A stretch of DNA of 64,000 nucleotides, taken from an uncultured Planctomycetaceae bacterium. GTDB lineage: Bacteria; Planctomycetota; Planctomycetia; Planctomycetales; Planctomycetaceae. The position numbers and the translations under genes were made by a program. The DNA lies in assembly GCA_963813715.1 (NCBI GenBank), contig CAWFAK010000017.1, positions 928,001 to 992,000 of the forward strand, in the 5' to 3' direction. Position 1 is the stretch's first letter; each line of letters opens with the position of its first letter. The notes under the pieces are model-generated. The model made no database searches. It had not been told where the DNA came from and was given only the letters and a program-made list of their open reading frames with translations. Of this stretch, positions 1-8,201 are shown piece by piece.

Positions 1-273
1 CTGTGTGACCTGGGTTTGCCACGACGAATAGGTGTACGTGCTATAGCCGTGGGTCGCGCCGTATTCCGCGCCCGCCCGTGCCGCGCACGACACCATGGTG
101 TAGATCGAGATTGCGCGGCCCAGCTCGACGCATCCGAATGCCAAGAGCAACAACAGGGGCAGCGTCAGCGCAAGCTCGACGGCCGCCGCGCCGCGGCGTC
201 TTTGTCGGCTCGGCCGCGTTATCGCACCGGTCTGCCGCGACCGGCCGTATGCGGCTGGTGAAAACGTCCGCAT
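1..273 (-). CDS. tadE: TadE/TadG-family pseudopilin (partial, runs off window start)
   Basis: Not in the ORF track; translated by hand from ATG at 273: MRTFSPAAYGRSRQTGAITRPSRQRRRGAAAVELALTLPLLLLLAFGCVELGRAISIYTMVSCAARAGAEYG... It has the RRG-xxx-VE prepilin cleavage motif, a hydrophobic helix and AARAGA, and it abuts the tadC stop. Confidence 0.88.
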   Translation of the reverse strand, partial: MRTFSPAAYGRSRQTGAITRPSRQRRRGAAAVELALTLPLLLLLAFGCVELGRAISIYTMVSCAARAGAEYGATHGYSTYTYSSWQTQVTQ

Positions 274-1308
274 TTACTTGTTCTCGGCGACCTGTTTGTC
301 GCTGGGCTTGCCGTCGGCAGCCTCTGCCGCATGCGGCGACGAAAACGTGCGGGCGATCTGCACAGCCGCCGGCCCGACGAGGACGACGAAGATGGCGGGG
401 AAGATGAGCAACAGCGTGGGGAACAGAATCTTGACGGCCGCCTTCTGGGCCATCTCTTCGGCCCGCTGCTCGCGCTGTTCGCGGATCATTTCCGCATGGG
501 TGCGGAGGGCTTCGGAAATGCTCGTGCCGAAGCGTCGCGATTGCTCGACCAGCGTGCTTAAACTGGAGATCGGAGCCAGGTCGGAACGCTCGGCGAAGTT
601 GCGGAGCGCCAGATCGGGTGCCGCGCCCAGCTCGATTTGCCGTTCGACAATCCCCATCTCGCCGGCCAACACAGGATGCGCGACGGCCAACTCCTCGGTG
701 ACGCGCTGCAGGGCGCCGTTCATGCTCAGGCCGCCTTGGACGCAGGTCACCATCAAATCGAGAAAATCGGGCAGCGATTTCAAGAGGACCGCGTGCCTGC
801 GGACTTTGCGCCGATGCAGCCAAAGGCTCGGCAATACGATCCCCATCGCGCTGGCGGCTCCTGCACAAAACAGGATCCGCTGCGGACGCCCCGCGCCGAG
901 TGTGCCAAGAAACAAACCGATCAACAGTGGCGAGATAATCATGGCGAGCTTTGTCGTCATGAAGACGCTGGGAGCCCAGGGGACATAGATACCGGCGTGC
1001 ATCAGTCGTGCCTCGAGCTGCGTCCGCTCTCTCTTATCGTTTGGCAGCAGTTGTGCGGCAATCTTCGCGACCTTCGATCGCATGGAAGCGGCAGCCGGCT
1101 GGTCTCCGCGGGATGAGCGCGTCTGCATCAACGGCGTGTCGCTCGAGAGCTCGACCAACCGATCGTCGACGCGGCGGTCCCGTGACCAGATCACGTGAAA
1201 TGCGAAATAGGTCAGGCCGCTCACGGCCAGGAATGCGCAGACCGGAACTGCCAGGGATTCCCAGTTGATCTGCGTCAAGGGGTTCCAGGTCAACGAATTC
1301 CAATTCAT
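274..1308 (-). CDS. tadC: Tad pilus assembly protein TadC (T2SS F family)
   Basis: Motifs LPDFLDLMVTCVQGGLS, EQSRRFGTSISEALR and AEEMAQKAAVKILFP; membrane helices; follows tadB. Confidence 0.9.
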   Translation of the reverse strand: MNWNSLTWNPLTQINWESLAVPVCAFLAVSGLTYFAFHVIWSRDRRVDDRLVELSSDTPLMQTRSSRGDQPAAASMRSKVAKIAAQLLPNDKRERTQLEARLMHAGIYVPWAPSVFMTTKLAMIISPLLIGLFLGTLGAGRPQRILFCAGAASAMGIVLPSLWLHRRKVRRHAVLLKSLPDFLDLMVTCVQGGLSMNGALQRVTEELAVAHPVLAGEMGIVERQIELGAAPDLALRNFAERSDLAPISSLSTLVEQSRRFGTSISEALRTHAEMIREQREQRAEEMAQKAAVKILFPTLLLIFPAIFVVLVGPAAVQIARTFSSPHAAEAADGKPSDKQVAENK

Positions 1309-1335
1309 CGGTCGTTCCGTGGTCGGACGTGTCGC

Positions 1336-2292
1336 TTAGAATTCAAAATTCACGATCTGGCGGATCCATAACGACCCCAGCGCCTCCGCCGCCAGAACCG
1401 ACAGCAAAAGCGCAGGGCGGTCAAGGAGGATTTGGGCGTAAGGCCGGTTGATCACCAACAGTCCGACGAAGGCCGCCAGGGGCAACACGGAAAGGACGAT
1501 GGCTTGCAGCCGGCCCTCGCCGGTCGCCGCCTTCACCTTCCCACGCAGCCGAGTGCGCTTGCGAATCACCTCGGACAGGCTCTGCAGAATGTCAGCGAGG
1601 TTGCCACCCGTGTTCCGGTGCACCAGCAGGGCGACGACGAACATCTGCAGCTCCATCACACCCGTGCGCCGTGCTAAATCCTGCAGGGCAACGTCGTAGG
1701 GCAAGCCAAGATTCTGTTGGTCGCAGCAGGTTGCCAATTCGGCGGCGATCGGCGGCTTGAGCTGATCGGCCGCCAGCTGCATCGCTCCGGACATCGTCTG
1801 GCCGGCCTTGATCGCGCGGCTCATCAGATCGAAAGTTTCCGGCAGCTGCATACACAGCGCGTAGGTGCGTCGAGCGCGAGCCGCATAAACGTAGGCAAAC
1901 GGCGAGACGACGCCGATCGCCGCACAAAGAAGCCCAATCAGCCAGAGGCCCGTCATAGTCGTGCCGACGACCGCGCCGATGATCGCCGCGGTCATCGCAA
2001 TCTGCACCACTCGAAACGGAGTCGTCTTAAGTCCCGAGTGTTCGACGGCCGTCACGAATCGCTTCCACACCTCGGGGACATGCCGCGAGGTTTCTGCGTG
2101 GAACAGCTTGAGGTCCTTGAGGATCTCCGATTTGCGGGCCTCTCGCTGCTTCTCGTCGCCGAATTCCTGGTCGAGCCGAGCCTTGATCCGCGCCTTGTCC
2201 CGCAGGACCAGGTCGGAAATGACCGAAAACACGCCGACGACCGCGAGTACGGCCGCGACGAAACTCGCCAGTTTGACGACGATGGGGTCCAT
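1336..2292 (-). CDS. tadB: Tad pilus assembly protein TadB (T2SS F family)
   Basis: Motifs QLPETFDLMSRAIKAG, HRNTGGNLADIL and KVKAATGEGRLQA; overlaps the cpaF stop. Confidence 0.9.
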   Translation of the reverse strand: MDPIVVKLASFVAAVLAVVGVFSVISDLVLRDKARIKARLDQEFGDEKQREARKSEILKDLKLFHAETSRHVPEVWKRFVTAVEHSGLKTTPFRVVQIAMTAAIIGAVVGTTMTGLWLIGLLCAAIGVVSPFAYVYAARARRTYALCMQLPETFDLMSRAIKAGQTMSGAMQLAADQLKPPIAAELATCCDQQNLGLPYDVALQDLARRTGVMELQMFVVALLVHRNTGGNLADILQSLSEVIRKRTRLRGKVKAATGEGRLQAIVLSVLPLAAFVGLLVINRPYAQILLDRPALLLSVLAAEALGSLWIRQIVNFEF

Positions 2293-3659
2293 TACCGTTT
2301 GCTCGCGTGAGTAATCGAGGCCAGGCGGTTGGTTTCCAGAATCCGCCGCTCGAACAGGTTCGGATCGAGGACCGTCCCTTGGGCGCTCAACCGTTCGAGA
2401 CAGGTCGGACGGATGCCCGTGGCGCGGAAGTGGCCCTGGGCGACTTTGTTTTCATCGAGGCCCGTCTGCTCGAAGACAAACAGGTCGTGCATCGCGATCA
2501 CCTCGCCCTCCGTTCCCGTGACTTCCGAGACCTGCATGACGCGGCGAACGCCACCACTCAGACGAGCGCACTGCACCACGATGTCGATTGCCGACGCAAT
2601 TTGGCGGCGAATGAACCACATCGATAGCTCGTGGCCTCCCATGCCGATCAGCATTTCCAACCGGCTGACGGCCTCACGCGTGTCGTTGGAGTGAATGGTC
2701 GTCATGCCTCCTTCGTGCCCGGTCATCATGGCCTGCAGCATGTCGAAGGCCTCGGCGCCGCGGCACTCACCCACGACGATACGGTCAGGCCGCATTCGCA
2801 GCGCGTTCCGCACGAGGTCCCGCGTCGTGATCTCTCCGTTGCCTTCCAAGTTGGCCGGCCGGGTCTCCATCCGCGCGACGTGCGGCTGCTGAAGCTGCAG
2901 CTCGGCCGCGTCTTCGATCGTGGCGACTCGCTCGTCGTCGGGAATGTAGCCGGACAGCATGTTGAGGAAGGTCGTCTTGCCGCTGCCCGTTCCGCCGGAA
3001 ATCAGAATGTTCAGTCGGGCCTTCACGCAGGCCGACAGGAACTCGATGATTTCGGGCGTCACCGATTTTCGGGCAATCAGGTCGGACGCCAAGAGCGGCT
3101 TGGCGGAAAAGCGGCGGATTGAGACCAGGGCGCCGTCCAGTGCCAGCGGGCGAATGACGGCGTTGACGCGGCTGCCGTCCGCCAGGCGGGCGTCAACCAT
3201 CGGGCTCGATTCGTCGAGCCGACGTCCGACTTTGCTGGCGATTCGCTGGACGATGTCGAGCAGGTGCTGATCGTCGTGAAAGACGATATTCGTCCGCTCC
3301 AGGCGACCGCGACGCTCGACGTACACGGTGCGCGGGCCGTTGATGAGAATGTCTGTGATCGTAGGGTCACGGAGCAGCGGTTCGAGCGGGCCGAGCCCCA
3401 AGGTCTCGTCGATGACTTCGTTGACGAGCCGCATGCGCTCGTCCTGGCTCAACAGCTCGGTCCGATCCTCACAGAGCTGCTCGATGCCGCGGCGCAGCTC
3501 GCGCCGAAGTTCGTAGTCGTCGACGGTGCCGACGGACGGAACGTGCAATCCGCTGATCAGCTGCTTGTGAATCTCTTTCTTGAGCCGGACGAAGCGCTCC
3601 TCCGTGCTTTCGATCCCAGCCGTGGCGCTGGCCGGTCGCAGATCGAGCGTTTGAAACAT
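2292..3659 (-). CDS. cpaF: CpaF/TadA pilus assembly ATPase
   Basis: GLGPLEPLL, Walker [18 protein letters not shown], Walker B region [15 protein letters not shown] and His box TGHEG..TTIH. Confidence 0.95.
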   Translation of the reverse strand: MFQTLDLRPASATAGIESTEERFVRLKKEIHKQLISGLHVPSVGTVDDYELRRELRRGIEQLCEDRTELLSQDERMRLVNEVIDETLGLGPLEPLLRDPTITDILINGPRTVYVERRGRLERTNIVFHDDQHLLDIVQRIASKVGRRLDESSPMVDARLADGSRVNAVIRPLALDGALVSIRRFSAKPLLASDLIARKSVTPEIIEFLSACVKARLNILISGGTGSGKTTFLNMLSGYIPDDERVATIEDAAELQLQQPHVARMETRPANLEGNGEITTRDLVRNALRMRPDRIVVGECRGAEAFDMLQAMMTGHEGGMTTIHSNDTREAVSRLEMLIGMGGHELSMWFIRRQIASAIDIVVQCARLSGGVRRVMQVSEVTGTEGEVIAMHDLFVFEQTGLDENKVAQGHFRATGIRPTCLERLSAQGTVLDPNLFERRILETNRLASITHASKR

Positions 3660-3695
3660 GAGGTGTTCCTGGATTCGGGGGAGACCGAGGCGGGA

Positions 3696-4904
3696 TTACT
3701 TGCCCTGCGACAGTTCCTGTACGCTGAGCGAGAAAAATGTGCGGAATTTCTGCGAAAGACTCGAGGAGGTCTTGCCTGTACCCTTCGCCGGGCGCCCGGG
3801 TTCTGCCGCAATCGTGGTCGCAAGCGCGTTGATGGCCTTGCTGATCGACGAGTTGGGCAACTCCAACACAACCGGGTTCCCGCAATTGGTCGATGAATTG
3901 GCTGCACCGGCGTCTTCGGGGATCGAGTGCCGAATCTTCATACCGAGGGCCGACTCGACCTGCGCGGCACTGATTTCTTTCTGCCGGCCGGAACGCGCGG
4001 CGACCAAGAACACATTGGCGCGATCGACACCGCTGCGTTCAAAGCACGCGAGGGCCCGCCGCGCCTTGCGGATGGCCGCGAAATCGAGCCGCACCAACAG
4101 CACGATGGCCGTGCTCTGTTGCAGCGCGTAGGCGAGGTCTTTTTGCCAGAAGGCGTCGAGGTCGACGACGACGTTTGTAAACGCGTTGCGGCCGAACCGC
4201 AGGGCCTTCTGCAGCCCGTCGGACGTCACGAACCGGGCTTCTTCCCAATTGTCCGGGGCAGCCAGCACGAAGACACCGCTCTCGTGTTCCACCAGCGACT
4301 GCTCGAACATTTTCTGATCGAGCTTGTCCATGCTGCGGCACAAGTCGGCGATCGAGTGTCGAGGCTTGAGATTGAGCGAGGTCGCCAGGTCCCCGCCGTA
4401 CAGGTCGAGGTCGAACAATCCGCAGCGACCGTGCCGTTTTGCCAGCGCCACCGCCAGGTTGGCGGCCACCAGCGTGCGACCACAGCCGCCGCTGGCGGAA
4501 AGGACCGTGATCAGGCGGCCGGCGGGCGATTTTTCGTTGTCTGCAGTCGAAAGCCGCCCAAGTGTGACGGCCAGGTCGCGTTCAAGGTTGCTTGTTTCGT
4601 CGAGGTAGGAGGCCGCACCCGCGTGCAATGCTCCCAGAATCGAGTTCGGATCGCGTGGTCCGACGACCACGACGTCGACGCCGGACAGCTCGCGCAAGTG
4701 TTCCAGTGCATCGTGGCAGCGCTGCGCGTCGTCCGACAACACAAACAAGATCAGGTCCGGCTTCGGGTAGAAGCAGGAAACGGCGTTGGCCGCTGCGTCG
4801 ATGGGCAAGACGTTCGCCAGCGGGCAGTCGCAGCCGTTCTGAGCCAGGAGATGGCGAAGCCTCGTCGCCTTCGTCTGGCAATCGCTTACGACCAAGATGA
4901 CCAT
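3696..4904 (-). CDS. cpaE: CpaE/TadZ pilus localisation protein (receiver-like domain + MinD/ParA-like ATPase)
   Basis: N-terminal receiver-like fold (PDLILF), deviant Walker A SASGGCGRT, and ANLAVALA..DLDL. Start placed at ATG 4904, downstream of GGAGG. Confidence 0.85.
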   Translation of the reverse strand: MVILVVSDCQTKATRLRHLLAQNGCDCPLANVLPIDAAANAVSCFYPKPDLILFVLSDDAQRCHDALEHLRELSGVDVVVVGPRDPNSILGALHAGAASYLDETSNLERDLAVTLGRLSTADNEKSPAGRLITVLSASGGCGRTLVAANLAVALAKRHGRCGLFDLDLYGGDLATSLNLKPRHSIADLCRSMDKLDQKMFEQSLVEHESGVFVLAAPDNWEEARFVTSDGLQKALRFGRNAFTNVVVDLDAFWQKDLAYALQQSTAIVLLVRLDFAAIRKARRALACFERSGVDRANVFLVAARSGRQKEISAAQVESALGMKIRHSIPEDAGAANSSTNCGNPVVLELPNSSISKAINALATTIAAEPGRPAKGTGKTSSSLSQKFRTFFSLSVQELSQGK

Positions 4905-5135
4905 GTCTGATCCGATCCTCCGCGCATCCGTCCGCCGTGGAGCGTCCGGCGCATTGCCTTGCGCAACCTGCGCAATTCCGCATTCCAAAGGTAGGACGGG
5001 AGTGGGGGTGAGGCGATTTAGCAACGCAACGACATGCGGAAAACACGCTCTCGCTTGAGGGAGTTTCTTGCGGCGACGGTCGTGACGCCGAAAGCGAGCG
5101 CGGGCAGAGGGTAACTTCCCTGTCGTTGATTCCGG

Positions 5136-6281
5136 TTATTCCGACCTGCCCGCGTTCACGCTGCCGGCGAACGGAACCGAGCAGATCGTCAGATCGCGCC
5201 AGTTCTCGGCATTTTCCGGGGCATCCGGATGATTGCCGGCCGCCTGATGGATCTGGTCGAGGACGCTGAAGAAGGTGGTGAGCAGCACCGGGTCGAACTG
5301 ACGCCCCTGCTCGGCCAGCATCATCTTCAGAACGACCTCCTCCTTCATCGCCCGGCGGTAGGGACGATCGCTCGTCAGCGCGTCGTAGACATCGACGATG
5401 GATAAGATGCGGGCCGCCTCGGGAATGGCCTCGCCGGCAATTCCGGAGGGATACCCCTTCCCGTCCCAGCGCTCGTGGTGCGCGAGTGCAATCTCCCGGG
5501 CCAACGTCAGGATCGACGAGTTCGAGCCGGCCAGCAGCCTCCCGCCGATCACCGTGTGCTGCTTCATCACGTCGTATTCTTCCGGCGTCAGTCCGGCGGG
5601 CTTCCGCAAGATTGCGTCCGGCACCCCGATTTTTCCGATGTCGTGCATCGGAGCCGCCATGCGGATGCGTTCGACTTCGGCTGGTGACCAACCCGCCGCC
5701 CGTGCCAGGATTTCACTGAAAGCCCCGGTACGGACGATGTGGGCCCCGGTTTCCACGTCGCGGGTCGCGGCCGCATGCACGAGCCGGTGAATCGTTTCCT
5801 CGTGCGCCTGCCGAATTTCGACGGTCTGTTCGCGGACCCGCTGCTCGAGTCCCTCGGTATAGCGGCGGCGTTCGATTCGCAGGCGCCGCAGCTCCAAGCC
5901 GTGGTTCACTTGCGCCAGCAGCTCGTCCTGCCGGGCCGGCTTCAGCAGATAGCCAAACGCTCCTGCATTGAGTGCCGAAATCGCCGACTCCGTGTCGCGA
6001 TTACCGGTGAGCATTAAAACAGGCAGGTCCGGCTGGGTCGCCAGGACGTGCTTCAAGAGATCGATGCCCGTTCCGCCCGGCATGTTGATGTCGGCCGTAA
6101 TCAGGTCGATGGGCTCGCCTTCCAGGCAGCGTTTGGCGGCGGCAACGCAGTCCGCGCGGACGACACGGAATTTCTTTGCCGTAAGCCAGGTGGCCAACAA
6201 GTTGCGAACCGGAGCTTCATCGTCGACGACAAGAACCGTTGACTGCGGTTGTCCAACAACAATTGCGGGATCAAGGCTCAT
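5136..6281 (-). CDS. Response regulator with HD-GYP c-di-GMP phosphodiesterase domain (RpfG-like)
   Basis: REC domain (VLVVDDE, DINMPG, LTG, KP) plus ETGAHIVR, MHDIGKIG, HHERWDGKGYP and VDVYDAL. Start placed at ATG 6281. Confidence 0.92.
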   Translation of the reverse strand: MSLDPAIVVGQPQSTVLVVDDEAPVRNLLATWLTAKKFRVVRADCVAAAKRCLEGEPIDLITADINMPGGTGIDLLKHVLATQPDLPVLMLTGNRDTESAISALNAGAFGYLLKPARQDELLAQVNHGLELRRLRIERRRYTEGLEQRVREQTVEIRQAHEETIHRLVHAAATRDVETGAHIVRTGAFSEILARAAGWSPAEVERIRMAAPMHDIGKIGVPDAILRKPAGLTPEEYDVMKQHTVIGGRLLAGSNSSILTLAREIALAHHERWDGKGYPSGIAGEAIPEAARILSIVDVYDALTSDRPYRRAMKEEVVLKMMLAEQGRQFDPVLLTTFFSVLDQIHQAAGNHPDAPENAENWRDLTICSVPFAGSVNAGRSE

Positions 6282-6559
6282 ACGGAGTAACCGGCTTTCT
6301 GCAGGCTGATTGCGGTCTGTGCGCAAAAAGGCCTGCAAGCCTAGGTCATGTGAGGCACCTCGGCAAAGCGACAGCCCGCGAGCCTTTTTCAGTCGCCAGT
6401 GAATCGCGGCAATCTGGCGATTGGCCGGCGGGGCGCTGCCGTATTGAACTGGCCGACGGCGCGGACTAACCGTCCCCGACAGCAGGACAAATGCAACCGC
6501 TAGAACCGGACTCGCCGCCCGGGACGCCCAGACCCTGGCTGTCTGGCGGTGGCACTCGG

Positions 6560-6588
6560 GTGGCACTGGCGGCTCGTCCGCCAGTGCC
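6560..6588. repeat. REP-like palindrome (GTGG-type)
   Basis: GGCACTGGCGG-ctcgt-CCGCCAGTGCC is a perfect 11-bp stem with a 5-nt loop, overlapped by GTGG at its 5' end. Confidence 0.7.
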
Positions 6589-6802
6589 TTATCCGCCCAC
6601 ATTGCACTGACCCGGTCGTTGCCTCCTCGACAGGGTCGCGGGTGCGCTTCGCCTTGCGAGAGCCCCCGTGTGCGAGGACAGTTCAACGACTCACATTCGG
6701 TGCTGAACGACTGGACCGCTCTCACGCGGTCTCGCGCAATCCTTGCTGGGGATCTGTTTCTCCCTTATGTGAAAAATTCCAATCTGCTGGCTCAGGATCT
6801 TG

Positions 6803-6831
6803 CTTCGTGCCTTTGGGCCTTTGTGGTGAAA
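6803..6831. repeat. Short degenerate tandem repeat (CTTYGTGC-like units ending GTGGTGAAA)
   Basis: cttcgtgc-ctttgggc-ctttgtgg-tgaaa: three 8-nt units. Confidence 0.5.
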
Positions 6832-6984
6832 ATCTCCGTGGACTTGTCGTCCCGCCTCGACGAATGTGTCCGGACCAGACCTCACGGCTCGTGTCGGGGC
6901 CGGGTCACCAATTCGTGGGTCACCTTATTGAGAAAACAAATGTGACCCAACCCCCCGTGAAAATACCTAGGCCGTCCCCGTCGG

Positions 6985-7047
6985 CACTCTCTGACTTTGG
7001 ACCACGCCTTCGGCGGATCTTCGACCTTGGACTCTGGACCGTAGACT
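6985..7047. repeat. Degenerate heptamer tandem repeat (GACYYTG) with a small internal hairpin
   Basis: GACTTTG GAC..., then CGCC-TTC-GGCG, then GACCTTG GACTCTG GACCGTA GACT. Confidence 0.5.
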
Positions 7048-7198
7048 GCTGGAAGTGTCCCGTCCCATCCCAAATCAATCCCGTCCCGATTGCCGGGCCG
7101 GATCGCCGCTAACCGGTGGGACTCTCGTCGGTGGGTCCACCCCCCTTATATCAATTGTGAGAGACCCGTCACGGCGGGACCACTTTTAGGCGGACCCG

Positions 7199-7217
7199 GC
7201 GGGACAACTTGTCCCGC
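7199..7217. promoter_or_regulatory. Perfect palindrome, candidate operator
   Basis: GCGGGACAA-C-TTGTCCCGC has 9-bp arms. The partial copy AACTTGTCCCG recurs at 7476-7486, and there are many GGGAC/GTCCC motifs at 7055-7230. Confidence 0.4.
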
Positions 7218-7254
7218 GCGCGCCGGGATGTTTTCTCCCTCTCTCCTCTATGTG

Positions 7255-7290
7255 AAAAAAGGATCCCCACCCCGGCGGGGATTCCTTTTT
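7255..7290. terminator. Hairpin flanked by A and T tracts (bidirectional terminator-like)
   Basis: aaaaaaggatcccc-accccggc-ggggattccttttt. Confidence 0.5.
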
Positions 7291-7350
7291 CGTTCCCGGC
7301 GGGGATCTCTTCACCAGCGGCCAGTACTTGACCGCGAAGCACTCTTTTTC

Positions 7351-7448
7351 AGTCCCAACGGGGCGAGACATTTATAGCCTGGGTCGGAGCGAAGCGCAGG
7401 CCCAGGATCCAGGGGCATGATCCCCGTCCTGAGCCCCAACGGGGCGAG
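7351..7448 (+). repeat. Compound REP-like element, left copy
   Basis: AGTCCCAACGGGGCGA...TAGCCTGGG-tcggagcgaagcgcagg-CCCAGG...AGCCCCAACGGGGCGA; the end motif occurs twice. Confidence 0.75.
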
Positions 7449-7718
7449 GCAGGCCCGAGTTGCAACCGGGCCGTGAACTTGTCCCGACCGGATTTTCAGC
7501 CTTGGTGCGATATGTCGCCGCGCACATCACGCGACCGGAGCTGTCGCCAACAGCGCGCAGTCCACCGTGCCGCGAAAAGCTTCGCTTTTTCCATTCAGCC
7601 ACAAGACGGCGATCTGAACTAGATCAGTTTCGCAGATTCCGGGATTGACCTGCCGCACCGATGGTGCGAGGCCTGCGTGAACGCTGGCACGGGTATCGGG
7701 CTCATTGGAGCCCGGTTG

Positions 7719-7821
7719 TCTCATCCCTACAGGGCTACGGAGAAACGCGAAGGGCGGCTCTTGAATCCCAGGCCTGCGCTGCGGTCCGACCTGGGCTATC
7801 GGATCTCGGTCCGTTGGGCCT
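7719..7821 (-). repeat. Compound REP-like element, inverted right copy
   Basis: The reverse complement AGGCCCAACGGACCGAGA..ATAGCCCAGG-tcggaccgcagcgcagg-CCTGGGAT...AGCCCTGTAGGGATGA aligns to 7351-7448. Confidence 0.75.
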
Positions 7822-8201
7822 TAAAACGACGACGGCTGAGCATCGGCCCAAAGCGTCTCAGGAGCCCAGCGACGCTTTACAAAATCGACATCATGGGAGC
7901 CAAGGCCCCCAAAGCCGTCTCGGACACCCGCCGCTTGGGCAGGGCTCACCAGCGTGACTCGCTACCGAAAATCCGGCGATCGTGGCTATTATGCCGTAGA
8001 AGTTCCAGCCGACCGTTTTCTCCACGGTCATGGGACGGTGTTGTGCCGGACTTTCGAGCGCGCCGGGCTTGATCCGGCCCCGATTTTGATTGGCCCGGCT
8101 GATGTTGATCGGTTCCGATTTGAGCTCGATCGATGACTAACGGCGACGGCCGCCGTTCGGTTCACGAGGGCGACGTTCACCGACAGTGACGTGAGGAATT
8201 C

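Noticed and set aside
2720..2735. CpaF AMMTGH instead of the usual AMNTGH
   Set aside because: A single substitution with all other ATPase motifs intact; not enough to claim altered function.
4905..5135. Flp pilin gene between HD-GYP and cpaE
   Set aside because: No small ORF with a G-xxxx-EY motif and hydrophobic helix was seen.
6282..6725. 148-aa N-terminal extension of the HD-GYP ORF in the ORF track
   Set aside because: It reads through a REP hairpin (ALADEPPVPP) and has no domain-like character; ATG 6281 sits just before the REC domain.
6282..7350. c-di-GMP riboswitch upstream of the HD-GYP/tad genes
   Set aside because: I could not find the GEMM-type GGCAAA...GAAA...GACGCAAAG pattern on the minus strand by eye; an Rfam scan would settle it.
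7449..7718. RAYT/IS200 transposase between the inverted REP copies
   Set aside because: Only ~270 bp, and the short ORFs lack HUH and catalytic Tyr motifs.
6540..7821. CRISPR array
   Set aside because: The repeats are inverted or heterogeneous, with no identical direct repeats separated by regular unique spacers, and no cas genes are present.
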